A program made the position numbers and the translations under genes. Under the pieces are notes generated by a model that worked only from the letters and a program-made list of their open reading frames with translations, did no database searches and was not told where the DNA came from. 64,000 nt of DNA from Eledone cirrhosa (taxonomy: Eukaryota). Location: contig OZ024743.1 in NCBI GenBank assembly GCA_964016885.1, positions 262,942,001 through 263,006,000 of the forward strand. Reading direction: 5' to 3'. This document shows positions 25,822 through 37,212 of the stretch, in pieces; positions within the stretch are counted from its first letter, which is position 1; each line of letters opens with the position of its first letter.

Positions 25822-27297
25822 GTATGTATATATATGTATAATGTTTTGTAGGCCAGTTATAATTTACTGAGTTGATAATTTTAATATAACCATGAACATG
25901 GTTCTTAAAAATTGAAAATTAAAATTTCAATGTAGCATAAAAATTGTAAAAAATAATATAATACACTAGTTGTGATCCCATTTGGAAAACTTGGAGTAGC
26001 CCCTGCCAACTCTGCACAAGTGGACTGTTAGGTCAGAAATTAGTGGCTGGAGGATAGTTTGACCTGTCATCGTCATTTTAATGTCTACTTTCCCTGCTAG
26101 CAAGGGTTATACAGGTCCATATGGACCAAGTCAGTACTGAAGTGGAGCTACTGATCTCCCAGGCAGATCAAGGACCTGTGTCTCACTTATGTACTGTCTC
26201 ACATTCCATTGACTGCTCAGGAGAGGTCGTCATGCCTTTGACGCAACTGAGAGTCCTCGCAACCCCTTTTTTTTGGGGGGGGGGGGGGGGGGGGCAAGAT
26301 TTCTACAACTGGATGCCCTTCCTATCACCAACAACTTTACAGTATGTACTAGTTGCGTTTATCATGTAAATCATTAACATTAGGGAGGTTATCATGTCTG
26401 ACATAACTGGAGGGTTCTCCTGACCGTTTGTCTGGCAAGTTTTCTATCACCAACCACTTTATAGTATGTACCGGGTGTCTTTTTTGTGTAAATCACCAAC
26501 ACTAGAGAGGTTGCCATGTCCTTGACACAACTGAAGGGTCCTCCTGACCTTGTGTCTGGTAAGCTTATATATATATATATACATACATATATATATATAT
26601 AATCTATAGCAATGAGGTTATAGGAAATATATTCACTATATTCTTGGTTGGTCCTATTACTCACTGAGATATGGTTTGAGCGTATAAGCATGCACATGGC
26701 TGTCCCGGACCTCAAGGTTTCTGTGAGCGCAGACTGCTTCAACAAGTGCATTTGTGATTTATCTTTCACCGTGGCTCCACCATGCATATATGCAGGCCCA
26801 ATTCTGCATTGCTTCTTCAGCTGGAAATAACTCTTCCATAGCGAGAGAGGGCAAAGCCATCTATCCAGCTATGGCGTCAACATTCCATACAGTGAGATCG
26901 AACTTGGGACCTAATGATTGCATAGCAAACTCCTTCCTTACCCATTTGGCTGTGCTGCATCTACATGGCAAGCTATATATATGTTTTAAACATAAATATA
27001 TTTTGGTTCTCTAAATATTCTAGTTTTCTTGCTGTGTTGGTGTAAATTTAGAAATATTTGATCGATAATTAATATATCACCATTATGCCTTCATTGTTAA
27101 CGTGTATTCTCCTGAAATTTAAGACTTAAAGATGGTGATTCCTTTTTAAAAGATAGTAAAACGTTTCCTTGGGGTTAATATCTAGCTACAATAGTGTGTA
27201 GGCTGAGAAACAATGCTTTTGTTTTGATAGTAGCTGTTGTGTAATCCTGTTTTGCCATCTCCCTCTGGACAGTTGTTATCTCTAACAATGTGTATTT

Positions 27298-27752
27298 CTT
27301 CTTCCCCTCCTCTACCTCCTCTGTCTCTACCTCCTCCTCTCTGCCTCTTCCTCCTCAGCTTCCTCCTCCTCTGCTTCCTCCTCTGCCTCTTTCTCCTCCT
27401 CCTCTGCCTCCTCCACCTCTTCCTCTCCCTCCTCCACCTCTGCCTCTTCCTCTCCCTCCTCCACCTCTGCCTCTTCCTCTCCCTCCTCCACCTCTGCCTC
27501 TTCCTCTTCCACCTCTTCCTCTCCCTCTTCCACCTCTTCCTCTCCCTCCTCCACCTCTGCCTCTTCCTCCTCTCCTCCTCCTCTGCCTCTGCCTCCTCTC
27601 CACCTCTGCCTCTTCCTCCTCTCCCTCCTCCACCTCTGCCTCCTCTGCCTCCTCTTACTCCCTGCACGTCCTCCTCCCCCGCCTCTTCCTCCCCCGCCTC
27701 TTCCTCCTCCGCCTCTTCCTCCTCTACTTGCACCACCCCTCTTCCTCCTCTT
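27298..27752. repeat. Polypyrimidine (CCT/CT)-rich low-complexity tandem repeat
   Basis: CCTCCACCTCTGCCTCTTCCTCTC-type units. Source of the spurious Pro/Glu/Arg-rich ORFs. Confidence 0.95.
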
Positions 27753-28122
27753 CCATTTTGCCATCAAATTATCCAATACCACAAAACTGCAGTTTAATGA
27801 ACATTTCTGTACAAATGAATCCCACATTCCTCTCACATTATTCTCTTTATTTTTAGCATTTTTTCTGTTATTGTATTCTTACGTTTTCTTTTTAAACCTA
27901 TTGTATTTTCACTTTATCTTCAACTTTTCAGTAAGTTAGCAGTAATTTTCTGTTAGACAGACTAGATGTGTGTGTAGGGTCAAGGCTATATGGTTCAATA
28001 AGACCACAGCTTAATGTCTAAAACAAAGTTTAGAATCTATAATCTTGTGTTTCATAGTTAAACATTTGAAACCCATTTACACAGTATCTTTTTATACTGA
28101 TGATATATTTGCCCGTTTCCAT

Positions 28123-28161
<39 letters not shown>

Positions 28162-28615
28162 GTAGCAAAGTTAGCAACAAGTTAAAATACACCGTAGTTA
28201 TTAGCTGTCAAAATGGATATACACAATTTCAACCCCTAACAACCGGTCTATTCAGGGTGACATTATAACATGACAACCAAATACTGTCCTGGAGTATTTA
28301 AAGGACCAAAGCAAAATAGGATTTAGGTGGAATTACGTATTAAGTCAGACCTTATGTGATGAACAGAGTCAGTTAGACTTAAAGAGACAAAGCCAAATAC
28401 AGAGCTATTGATGTGCAGAGAGGAAAGTGTGAGCTTGTAACAGCTAGAAGTAGATGGTATGAAATACATCGAAACAAAAGACTGAAACAGTAGTTACATG
28501 AAGGGAGGAGTAATGTCACAGTAAAATTAGTGCAGCAATAAAAGAAGAGGAAGGGAGTTGTATGTGTCACAGATAATGCTGCAAAATTGGCAACAAGTAA
28601 TCATACGTTGTGGCC

Positions 28616-28659
<44 letters not shown>

Positions 28660-28671
28660 CACACATAGAGA

Positions 28672-28881
28672 GAGAGTATCAAAAAGAATCACTCATTTTT
28701 ATCAACAATTTTTACAAATGGTCATTGTGTAAATAACTTTATAAAAAGTTATAAAAGTTATAGAAATAGAATAAAACTTTATATTCAGACATGTATTGTA
28801 CAACTTACTGTATGATTTATATGATCATTTGTTTAAAAAATATAGCCGTTTGAAATATAACCTTTTTTGATACACCCTGTA
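28672..28881. mobile_element. Tc1/mariner-type MITE
   Basis: Right end TTTTTGATACACCCTG-TA, with a partial inverted match GTATCAAAAAG at the left end. A similar mariner-like remnant lies at about 31958-32133. Confidence 0.6.
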
Positions 28882-29111
28882 TATATGAGATAGAGATAGA
28901 CATGGCGATTTAATTGGCAGGGTTGTTAGAGCATAGGACAAGATGTTTTGTGGTATTTGTTCTGTCTCTCTGCACCTGTTCAAATTTTGTTTCAGTCAAC
29001 TTTGTCTTATCATCGTTTTGGAGGTCAATAAACAAAGTACCAGCGGGATGAGATGCCTTGTGGTAGCTGTTCTGCCTCTTTGTATTTACTTTCATATATA
29101 TATATATATAT

Positions 29112-29784
29112 AACGAAGGAAATGTGGTAAGGAACCAGGTGGACCATAACGCACCAAAGTACTCAATACTTGGGGTAGTAGAGTGGTAGTCTCTTTAGTA
29201 TTTTGGCCCCATTTGTTGACCTGTCACCGTATGATTTACGTACTTATACCTCTTAAAAGGGTCCTTGCCTATTCCATCCCACCTAGTTCATTTACTTATT
29301 TCGTTATTTCTTTATTTCTTTCTTTACTTCTTTCTTTCTTTATTTATTCATTTATCTAGCCTAACAATAGCTAGAGACTTAGGTCGTAGAACTTGCTTTA
29401 CTTTTTTCTTTACACTTATTCGCTTTTCTTCACTCTCAGTATTTTTTCTTTCATATATATTTTTACCCCTCATTGTTCTACCTACCGTTCCGACTTCCTC
29501 CCCAGTATCTTCTTTGACCTCATGCCCAGCTGTAGCTGGCACTACCAACGCTTGATTGGGTCTACCCCACCCCCTCCCCTCTTTCTCCTACTGGCAAGTT
29601 TAGCCACCATCTCCCCTACTAATTTGCAATCACAGAATTACTACTGACTTTTGACAATCACTTTGACCATATATGGAATTACCCCTTGAGAAGATCGGCT
29701 ATTTAAATACCAGGATAAATTTTCATTTAGTCCAGAATTAGCCGTCGAAACGGCTTGAGCTCAGCCGTCGGGGTCTTACTGGTT

Positions 29785-29787
<3 letters not shown>
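29112..29787. mobile_element. Non-coding hammerhead-bearing insertion in a (TA)n array (Penelope terminal repeat or retrozyme-like)
   Basis: Bounded on both sides by (TA)n and contains the hammerhead. Shares GTACTCAATACTTG..TAGTAGAGT and GAGCTCAGCCGTCGGGGTC motifs with fragments at about 41480-41560 and 42355-42420 (opposite strand). Confidence 0.55.
29681..29774 (+). ncRNA. Type I hammerhead ribozyme, U3-A8 core variant
   Basis: Stem I ACCCC/GGGGT; core TTGAGAA; stem II GA(T)CGGCTA...TAGCCGTC; GAAA; stem III CGGCT-TGAGCTC-AGCCG; GUC triplet with predicted cleavage after 29769. Confidence 0.78.
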
Positions 29788-29837
<50 letters not shown>

Positions 29838-31362
29838 CTTTGATAACTTTCAGCCAGTATTGGCACCACCTGTAAGTAAATACAAAAAGATGGTTCTACA
29901 TTTCCATATTTTAGCTTATTAAATAACATCTGTTATGCCCATTTCAGAAGCATTAGATAAAGATTACAAAAGCCCCACACATCATTGTCAGACAGAAGTT
30001 AATAACGTATGTGATATGCTGACTATGGGACATGATATTGGTTATCCAAAATATGGTGGATTGCTTTAGCTTGATTACTCCATAATTCATTGATTACAAT
30101 GAAAAAATTCAATGGTGACAATCAACTAACATTGATTTTAAAACAATTATATATATGCATATATTATGGAGAACCTTGATACTTATGAAATGTTAATGAT
30201 TGCTATATCATTACTGGTGTTGCTCAGTACTTCTAATAAAAATTCAAGGCCTCTTGACTCAGATCTACAAGGTAGAAATAGGCACCATGGATAGGATAGC
30301 TCTCTGCTAAAACAGTTAGAGGGCATTCTGTATATGGCTGGAGAGTGTTTGATTAGCTTGCTACATTGAACTGTGTTATTTCTGAGGAGTATTGTAATTA
30401 CCAATTGCATTGTTAATTAAATTCTTGGTGTATCTATCTTATTGCTGAATCACCAATTAATTAAGAAATCAGTATAACACTTTGACACTTCATAAATATG
30501 TGACGCCATTGAAATCTTTCATAGGAAGAAAAAACAGCAAAACAATTGAGTCATTTATATTCAAGGACATTCAATCAAGTAGTTCCTCCCTAACAACTCA
30601 ACATCTGGGGACGTCATTCTGATACACTCTTGAGTAATATCTCACTGACACAATAATTGCAGTTGTTAGTTTGATTTGTATCAGTTTTATGAACTATTCC
30701 AGACACTTTTATAATGCCCTGAATGATAGGTTAACTACAATAGATTTGATTGGTGGCATTTTTAGAACTCACTGAAGGCACTTTTATAGTGTCTCTCTGA
30801 CACATTAACTGCAGCTGGTTTGATAAGTGTTCATTTTATAACTCATTGAAAGAATAATTTCTGAGTTTAGCATAGTTCAGTTATTGCCAATTTTCTGTTT
30901 ACTCAAAAGTCACTCCAGATCAAATACAAATATGTTAGTACATTTTTGCATCGTTAAAAAGAAATGTATTATTTGGTTGTTTAGTCAATTGAATATCCTC
31001 TCTGTAAATCAAAGGTCTGACCTTGATACATTGTGTCACATTAATTTGTCTGAGAATTATATTTAGGGTACATATGTCAGTGGAGTACTCAACCACTTAG
31101 ATGATGTTAATTTAGTTTGTTAAACAATTGAATGCTCATCATTGAAACCTTTGGTAGACCACTTATGTATGTGCCAGTCCTTCTACAATTTGTATTTGTA
31201 AATCTACCTGTGTGTGAACATTTTCTAGCCAGTATCCTGTATCGATCGTGTGTGTGTGTGTATATATATATATATAGTAATAATAATAAATTTGAAGACT
31301 AAAATCCAAAGAGGGCTCGATAAGGATAAATATATATCAAATATATAAGAACTGTAGAGCAA

Positions 31363-31512
31363 ATATTTATTAAAATAACAGATTAAAGTTTAAGCAAAGA
31401 ATAGCTGCTTTCACCCTGAACGGGATCTTCTGAAACAAGTTTCAGAAGATCCCGTTAAGGGTGAAAGCAGTGATTCTTTGCTTAAACTTTAATCTGTTAT
31501 TTTAATAAATAT
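31363..31512. repeat. Near-perfect palindrome, about 74-bp arms, 2-nt loop
   Basis: 31363-31436 is the reverse complement of 31439-31512 with few mismatches. A third partial copy lies at about 31541-31598. Confidence 0.92.
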
Positions 31513-32647
31513 ATATATATATATATATATATATTATTAGCACAGATTAAAGTTTAAGCAAAGAAACGCTGCTTTCACCCTATTACAGGATCTTCCGATA
31601 TATATATATATAATGTGCATACAGCTATGTTTGTGAAGGTCTCTTTTAACATGTTGCTTACTACAACCATTTACCTATTCAACAACAAAAGACCTTGTTG
31701 TCTTAAACTGATTAATATTCCTCCTCTCTTCCTTTCCATCTTAACTATACTTTTATAACTCTGATTCTCTTCTACACACACACACACACACTCACACACT
31801 CACACACACACACACTCTCTCTCTCTTCTTGAGCCTTTTCTCTTCCAGATATACACAATTACTGATTCTTTGCTATTTCCTATCATTTTTTACTGTGTCT
31901 TCATAATTATGGACTAAGGATGAACAAACGTTTTCTTAGTTTTTTTATTCATATATATACGAAGGGGGCCTGACTATGAAATAGACTTGTGAAATCTTGC
32001 ATGCATTAATTTCAACTCTTCTTATTGATAACAGCATTGTTTCTTTTCAGGGTCTATATTGAAAAATTATCCTTGTTTGGTCATTCCATGAGATATCATG
32101 GTCAGCTTATGAACTTTTCAGCTTACCCTTGTACTCTGAAATATATAGTGAAGGCGCATGGTTTAGTGGTTAGAGCATTGGGCTTACAATCATGAGTTTG
32201 TGAGTTCGATTCCAAGACCTGGTGATGCATTGTGACCTTGAGCAAGACACTTTATTTCACTCAACTGTAGAACTGTGTTGTGACATCACTGGTACCAAGC
32301 TGTATTGGCCTTTGCCTTTCCCTTGAACAACATCGGTGACATGGAGAGGGAAGATTGATATGCATGGGTGATTGTTGGTCTCCCACAAACAACCTTACCC
32401 AGACTTGTGCCTCAGAAGGCAAACTTTCTAGGTGCAAATCCCATGGTCATTTATGAGTGAAGTAGGGGTCTTTACTCTTTTATATATATGTATACACACA
32501 CATTCACTTATACAAAGATTTTGTTCCAGTACAGATCAATTTGTTGGATATTTTTAATCAACTTATTTAAATTATTTTTCTCTCTAAATGTAATTTTAGC
32601 TATCAACTGCATTCCTTAAATGAGCCATAAATATTTTTGCATTGCAG

Positions 32648-32711
32648 CATTATATCCATGGTAGCAGTCAGGGCCAGTTTGTAGTGGAGACTTATTTAGT
32701 TATGTGCCTGA
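32648..32711 (+). CDS. TUSC3: TUSC3/MAGT1-like exon '7a' (64 nt, canonical version): HYIHGSSQGQFVVETYLVMCL+A
   Basis: tttttgcattgcag acceptor. Donor GTATCCTTT (32712-32720) is the U12 5' splice-site consensus. Carries the YIHGSSQ.QFV.E motif; phase 0-1. Confidence 0.95.
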
Positions 32712-32720
32712 GTATCCTTT
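32712..32720 (+). promoter_or_regulatory. U12 (minor spliceosome) 5' splice site GTATCCTTT after exon 7a
   Basis: Exact match to the RTATCCTTT consensus at the exon boundary predicted from protein homology. Confidence 0.92.
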
Positions 32721-35700
32721 TTTGTTAAGTTTGTTGATCACCTGTTGCTGACATTAACATTGTGATGATGTTCCTCCTGCTGATAATTACCCTGTTATTA
32801 TATAATTGATGTGTATGTGTGTATCTCTCTTTCTTTCTCTCTTTATATATATATATATATATATATGTGTTATGTATTTTCCTGTCCCACCCAGTCTCTG
32901 ACATATAAAAACCTTTTCTTTTCACTGTAATTTATTGCAAAAGTTTTGTTTTTCTCTAGCTGAAATATTTTCTATGCCACAGACTGCAATGTACATAACC
33001 AGATTTAATACATTTACATTATCATTGTCATTCATTATTATTCCCATTGTTTTATTGTTATTGTTTCTCAATAACAAGCAGTATTTTTTCTGTTAATCTT
33101 TTATTACTTTGGATACAACAGGCAACACATTCAGAGCAAAATATAAGAAGGTGGAGTTGACTTGTCTGAGAAATGTTGTAAATATATGCTAGAGCATGTT
33201 TCACTTTTTATATGGGCCACACCTGATCTAGCAAGCTTGTTTAGGACAGCAATGAGCAAAAGGTCATGATGATATTACAAATTCATCTAAATTTGCAAGC
33301 TTAAGTATAACACAATAACTTTAGCTAACGTTTCAACTCCAGTAGAAGACAAGCCCTATATTAAAATTAAATGGGCCTTAGTCGACTTCATTATAATTAT
33401 ATAACAAAATCCGCCAAGGTTAACTTTGCCTTTCATCCTTACGGGGTCGATAAAATAAAGTACCAGTAATGCACTGGGTAATTGCTGGCCTTGTGCCAAA
33501 AGTAGAAACAATTATAATTATATAACAAAATCCAAGATCAATAAAAGAAATTGCCAATCAAATACTAGGATCAATTTAATGGACTTTCTCTGCTAACCTT
33601 GGGCCAAAATTAGAAAGCAATAATTATATAACAAAATGTTATAATCACACCAAAAAAATGTATTTTGATATATAAAGCCATGGGGCTTAGTGGTTAGGTT
33701 TGATTGTTAATCACTTTGGCATAAAAAATATGCTTGTTGCATAAAATGTTCTATCAATTGTTTTGATTGAAAACCATCATTCCTTTATTGAAATTATTAT
33801 TACCGTTATTTTATTATTATTATTAAGGGCGGTGGATTGGCAGTATCGGTAGAGCATCGGACACCCTGTTTCGCGGCAGAGAGTTATGGCCCTTTACGCT
33901 CTGAGTTCAAATCCTACCGAGGTTAGCTTTGCCTTTCATCCTTACGGGGGTCGATAAAATTAAGTACTGGGGTCGATTTAATTGACTTTCCCCTCCCCAA
34001 AAATTGCTGGCCTTGTGCCTATAGTAGAAATCATTATCATTATTATTGTTGTTGTTGTTCAAATACTGCCATGGATAGCTTTGCCTTTCATTCTTTCAGG
34101 GTCAATAAAATAAAGTGCCAGTAATGAACTGGAGTCGATTTAATCGATTCCTGTCCCCATAAATTGTTGGCCTTGTGCCTAAATCAGAAACTATTATTAT
34201 GTTGTTGTTGTTTTTATTATTATTATTATTATTATTATTAGTTTTCATATTATTATTGTTATATAAACAGGATGATGATGAATTCTATTTACTAAAAAAA
34301 AAAATCTTTCAAAGTTTTATTGATATATTGACATTTCTTATTTGTATTTTGTTTTCTTGAAATATGTTGGAAATAGCATGGATTCATTATTTTCACTTTT
34401 ATATTTTGCCAACTAGTCAATTTTTTTTTCATTTGCGGAAACAAAGGGAAAGCTATTTGAGTATCATCTCTATTATCATGATTATTATCTCGGGTCAGTT
34501 GGTGTGGATATTTCAGTCTCCTCTTCTCACACCATTGTACAGTTTCTATAAATGAAGTCTGATTTATACTTCAGTAATATCCACAGTAGAACCTGGTTGA
34601 AGGTACACATGTGTGCTTGTGTTTGTTTGTTTGTTTGTTTGTGTGTGTGTGTGTGTGTGTAAAGATATATATATTGTATATCTGTCAGTTGTATTTGAAA
34701 CTGGTGGAGCTCAAGTGTATTGTGCTCTCACTCTTAACAGCAATTCCTGGCTTAGATGCTGCAAGAAATTCTTCAGCTGACATGCGTTGTAAGGAAAAAG
34801 CTTACGAACCATTATGTGTACGACTCCAGGGTGGGTTATCATCATTGTCCTCTAATTGGATACTGTCATCACCATTATCATCACCATTATCATCGTCTCA
34901 TGTAATTTATTATCAGTGTGAATATATTAAATTAAATGACATTAAAACATGGTGTATTGTGCAGACAGATTATATTCTGATAGTGCTAAATTTTTCAGGT
35001 TAATCTGAAAGTTGATTTACTGATTTAAGAGAGAGTGTATAACAGTTGTTATGTGCTATGGAATTCATGTTACATTTTGTATATTTGCTTTTTAATCCTT
35101 ATTTGATTTGAAAATTGAAGATACGTCATTAAATCTGCACATAATTGAAAAAACAAAAAACACTTTAGCATAGATATCACATAATGTTATCAATCATGTC
35201 ACCACTCTTCTACTCTTTGATTGATTTTATTGGCTAGAGCTTGCATGTTTTACTCTTGTAGAATTAGCATGCATTGTCTTTTGTTCATGTTGAATGGTTC
35301 TTAACATATAAATAAATAGTTGGATGTCTTTATTACACACACACACACACAAACAAACACAGTCTGCTAGCTTCTGCCTGTACTGAAATTAGTTTTTCTT
35401 TCAAAGACATACTTCTTCCAAGACCAACAAATTGACTCATCTGAAATTGTGAATTCTTTTTCTTATTTTTCTGTTACTACTATTATCATAATTGTGGTAT
35501 GTTGAAAGTTTTTCTTCCAATTCACCCACTTCCACAGTTGACCAATTTAGTAGAGAGAAGGAAATATAAAAAAATACCTGTTACTTTTTATTTTTTCCTT
35601 ACACCACCATCTACTCTCTTCTAGTACAAGCTTCTTCACTATTTCTTTTGTACTTATTTTCTTTTATTTGTCATCAGTTTAGATATTTCAGTTGTAACTT

Positions 35701-36477
35701 TATGTAATAAATTGTCTACAGACAGAAAGTATATTTTTATGTTGTAAAATCTTGTCAAAACATGTTACTTAAAGTTTCAAATAAATACAAATGGGGAATA
35801 TGTAATGCATTGGTGTTAAAATGAAATAATACAGTCACTGAGCTTGAAATCATCATACATATCTTGACTATCCATCACATATGATGGAAGTGGCATCTTT
35901 TTTGTCTGCAGAGAACTCTGGGATAAAAGTTACAGTATAAAGGAAATGACTCTGGGTAAATTAGCCAACATGAGTGTCCATTGTAAAATGTTTCCTTTCT
36001 TATGACATCTGGAAACACTGTGTATAAAATAAAAATAATCAAAATGAAATAAATTAATTTAAATCAAATTACATTTAACAAGAAAAAAAATTACTGGTAA
36101 AGTGACAAAATGATATTGCCAGGTGTAACTAACATTAGATTATAAGCTGTTCAAACAAAAAATGTCAGGACAAGGGGCACATCCCTTTACCATAGACCCT
36201 CATATCAGCTAATCCCTCTTGAGCCATCTTTCCTTACCCCAGAGTTCTCCATGAACAGAAAAAGTCACGTCTATCACATATATTGACAGATAGTCAAGAT
36301 ATGTCCAGCAATTTTATGCTTAGTGGCAGTCCTGCATTATTCCAAAATTATTACATTGAGTTCATCTGAAATTTTAAGTAACATGTGTTGACAAGGTTAT
36401 ACACTGAAAATATGAAAAAAACTATTTTAGTTTTTATAATATTGTGTGCCTTTCTTTGTTATGACACTTGTTCAAAT

Positions 36478-36513
<36 letters not shown>

Positions 36514-37139
36514 TCTGTAATTCTTTAAAATATCCATCTATATAATTTTTTTTTGCTGAAATAAATGTTTGGATTTAAGAATCCTTTGTTCACTCATCTC
36601 CTCCATCAATAATAGAATTAGTATTGTTTGAGAGAGAAAAAAGTTTGTTTTCTTGATTGTTTACATAATTGATTCTAGTCTCAACTCTCTATTTTTTCTA
36701 CTTTTACTTTCACTTTCAATGGTTATGCTGCTTTTTTTTTTTCTTCTTTTCCTCTCTAATATCTTAGCATTGAAATAGATTCTGATCTCCTTCACTCACT
36801 TTTTTGTTGATTTTTTTTTGCTTGGTTTCACTATTATATATTGATCTGATATTTTAATTTATTTGTATATGGCTTCTTGCTGATGTTTACTATTTATTTC
36901 TCCATACAAAGGGGATGTAAAGGGGGGTATTATCTATGGTATTTAAAAAAAATACCCCTCCTTTATTTACTCCCTCACTCTTCTTGTTCTTCTCTTTTTC
37001 TGTCCCCCACCCTCGCATGTATTAACTTTTTACCCAATCTTCTGTTTTGGCACATTTTAGATATTGTTTTTATCATATCTCATCGTTGATATTTTTGTAT
37101 ATTGAAACCTTTCTTTGTTGAATTTCTTTTATTTTTCAG

Positions 37140-37203
37140 CAGTTCATCATTCCATCATTTGAACTGCAGTTTGTTGCTGAGTCATATATTGTGTTTTTTA
37201 ACT
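37140..37203 (+). CDS. TUSC3: Duplicated alternative exon '7b' (64 nt): QFIIPSFELQFVAESYIVFFN+T, putatively mutually exclusive with 7a
   Basis: Long polypyrimidine tract plus cag acceptor (CAGCAG tandem). Same length and phases (0-1) as 7a. QFVAESYIV aligns gap-free with QFVVETYLV. Donor GTATCTTTT (37204-37212) is U12-like with one mismatch. No transcript evidence is available. Confidence 0.8.
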
Positions 37204-37212
37204 GTATCTTTT
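37204..37212 (+). promoter_or_regulatory. U12-like 5' splice site GTATCTTTT after exon 7b
   Basis: One mismatch (+6 C>T) from the U12 consensus, a poor match to U2 GTRAGT, and the same position relative to the exon as in 7a. Confidence 0.75.

Noticed and set aside
27182-27856. Pro-, Glu- and Arg/Gly-rich ORFs in several frames
   Set aside because: Translation of a CT-rich simple repeat, with no splice or homology support.
28084-28092. GTATCTTTT as the donor of a third exon-7 copy
   Set aside because: No acceptor 64 nt upstream and no QF..E homology.
29930-30660. Possible nested gene (30183-30410 ORF and a hydrophobic + strand frame)
   Set aside because: Interrupted by stops, with no recognisable motif or splice structure.
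32612-32620. TTCCTTAAA as a U12 branch point for exon 7a
   Set aside because: About 28 nt from the AG, which is long for U12 and typical for U2, and the upstream donor GTAAGA is U2-type. More likely a U2 branch site.
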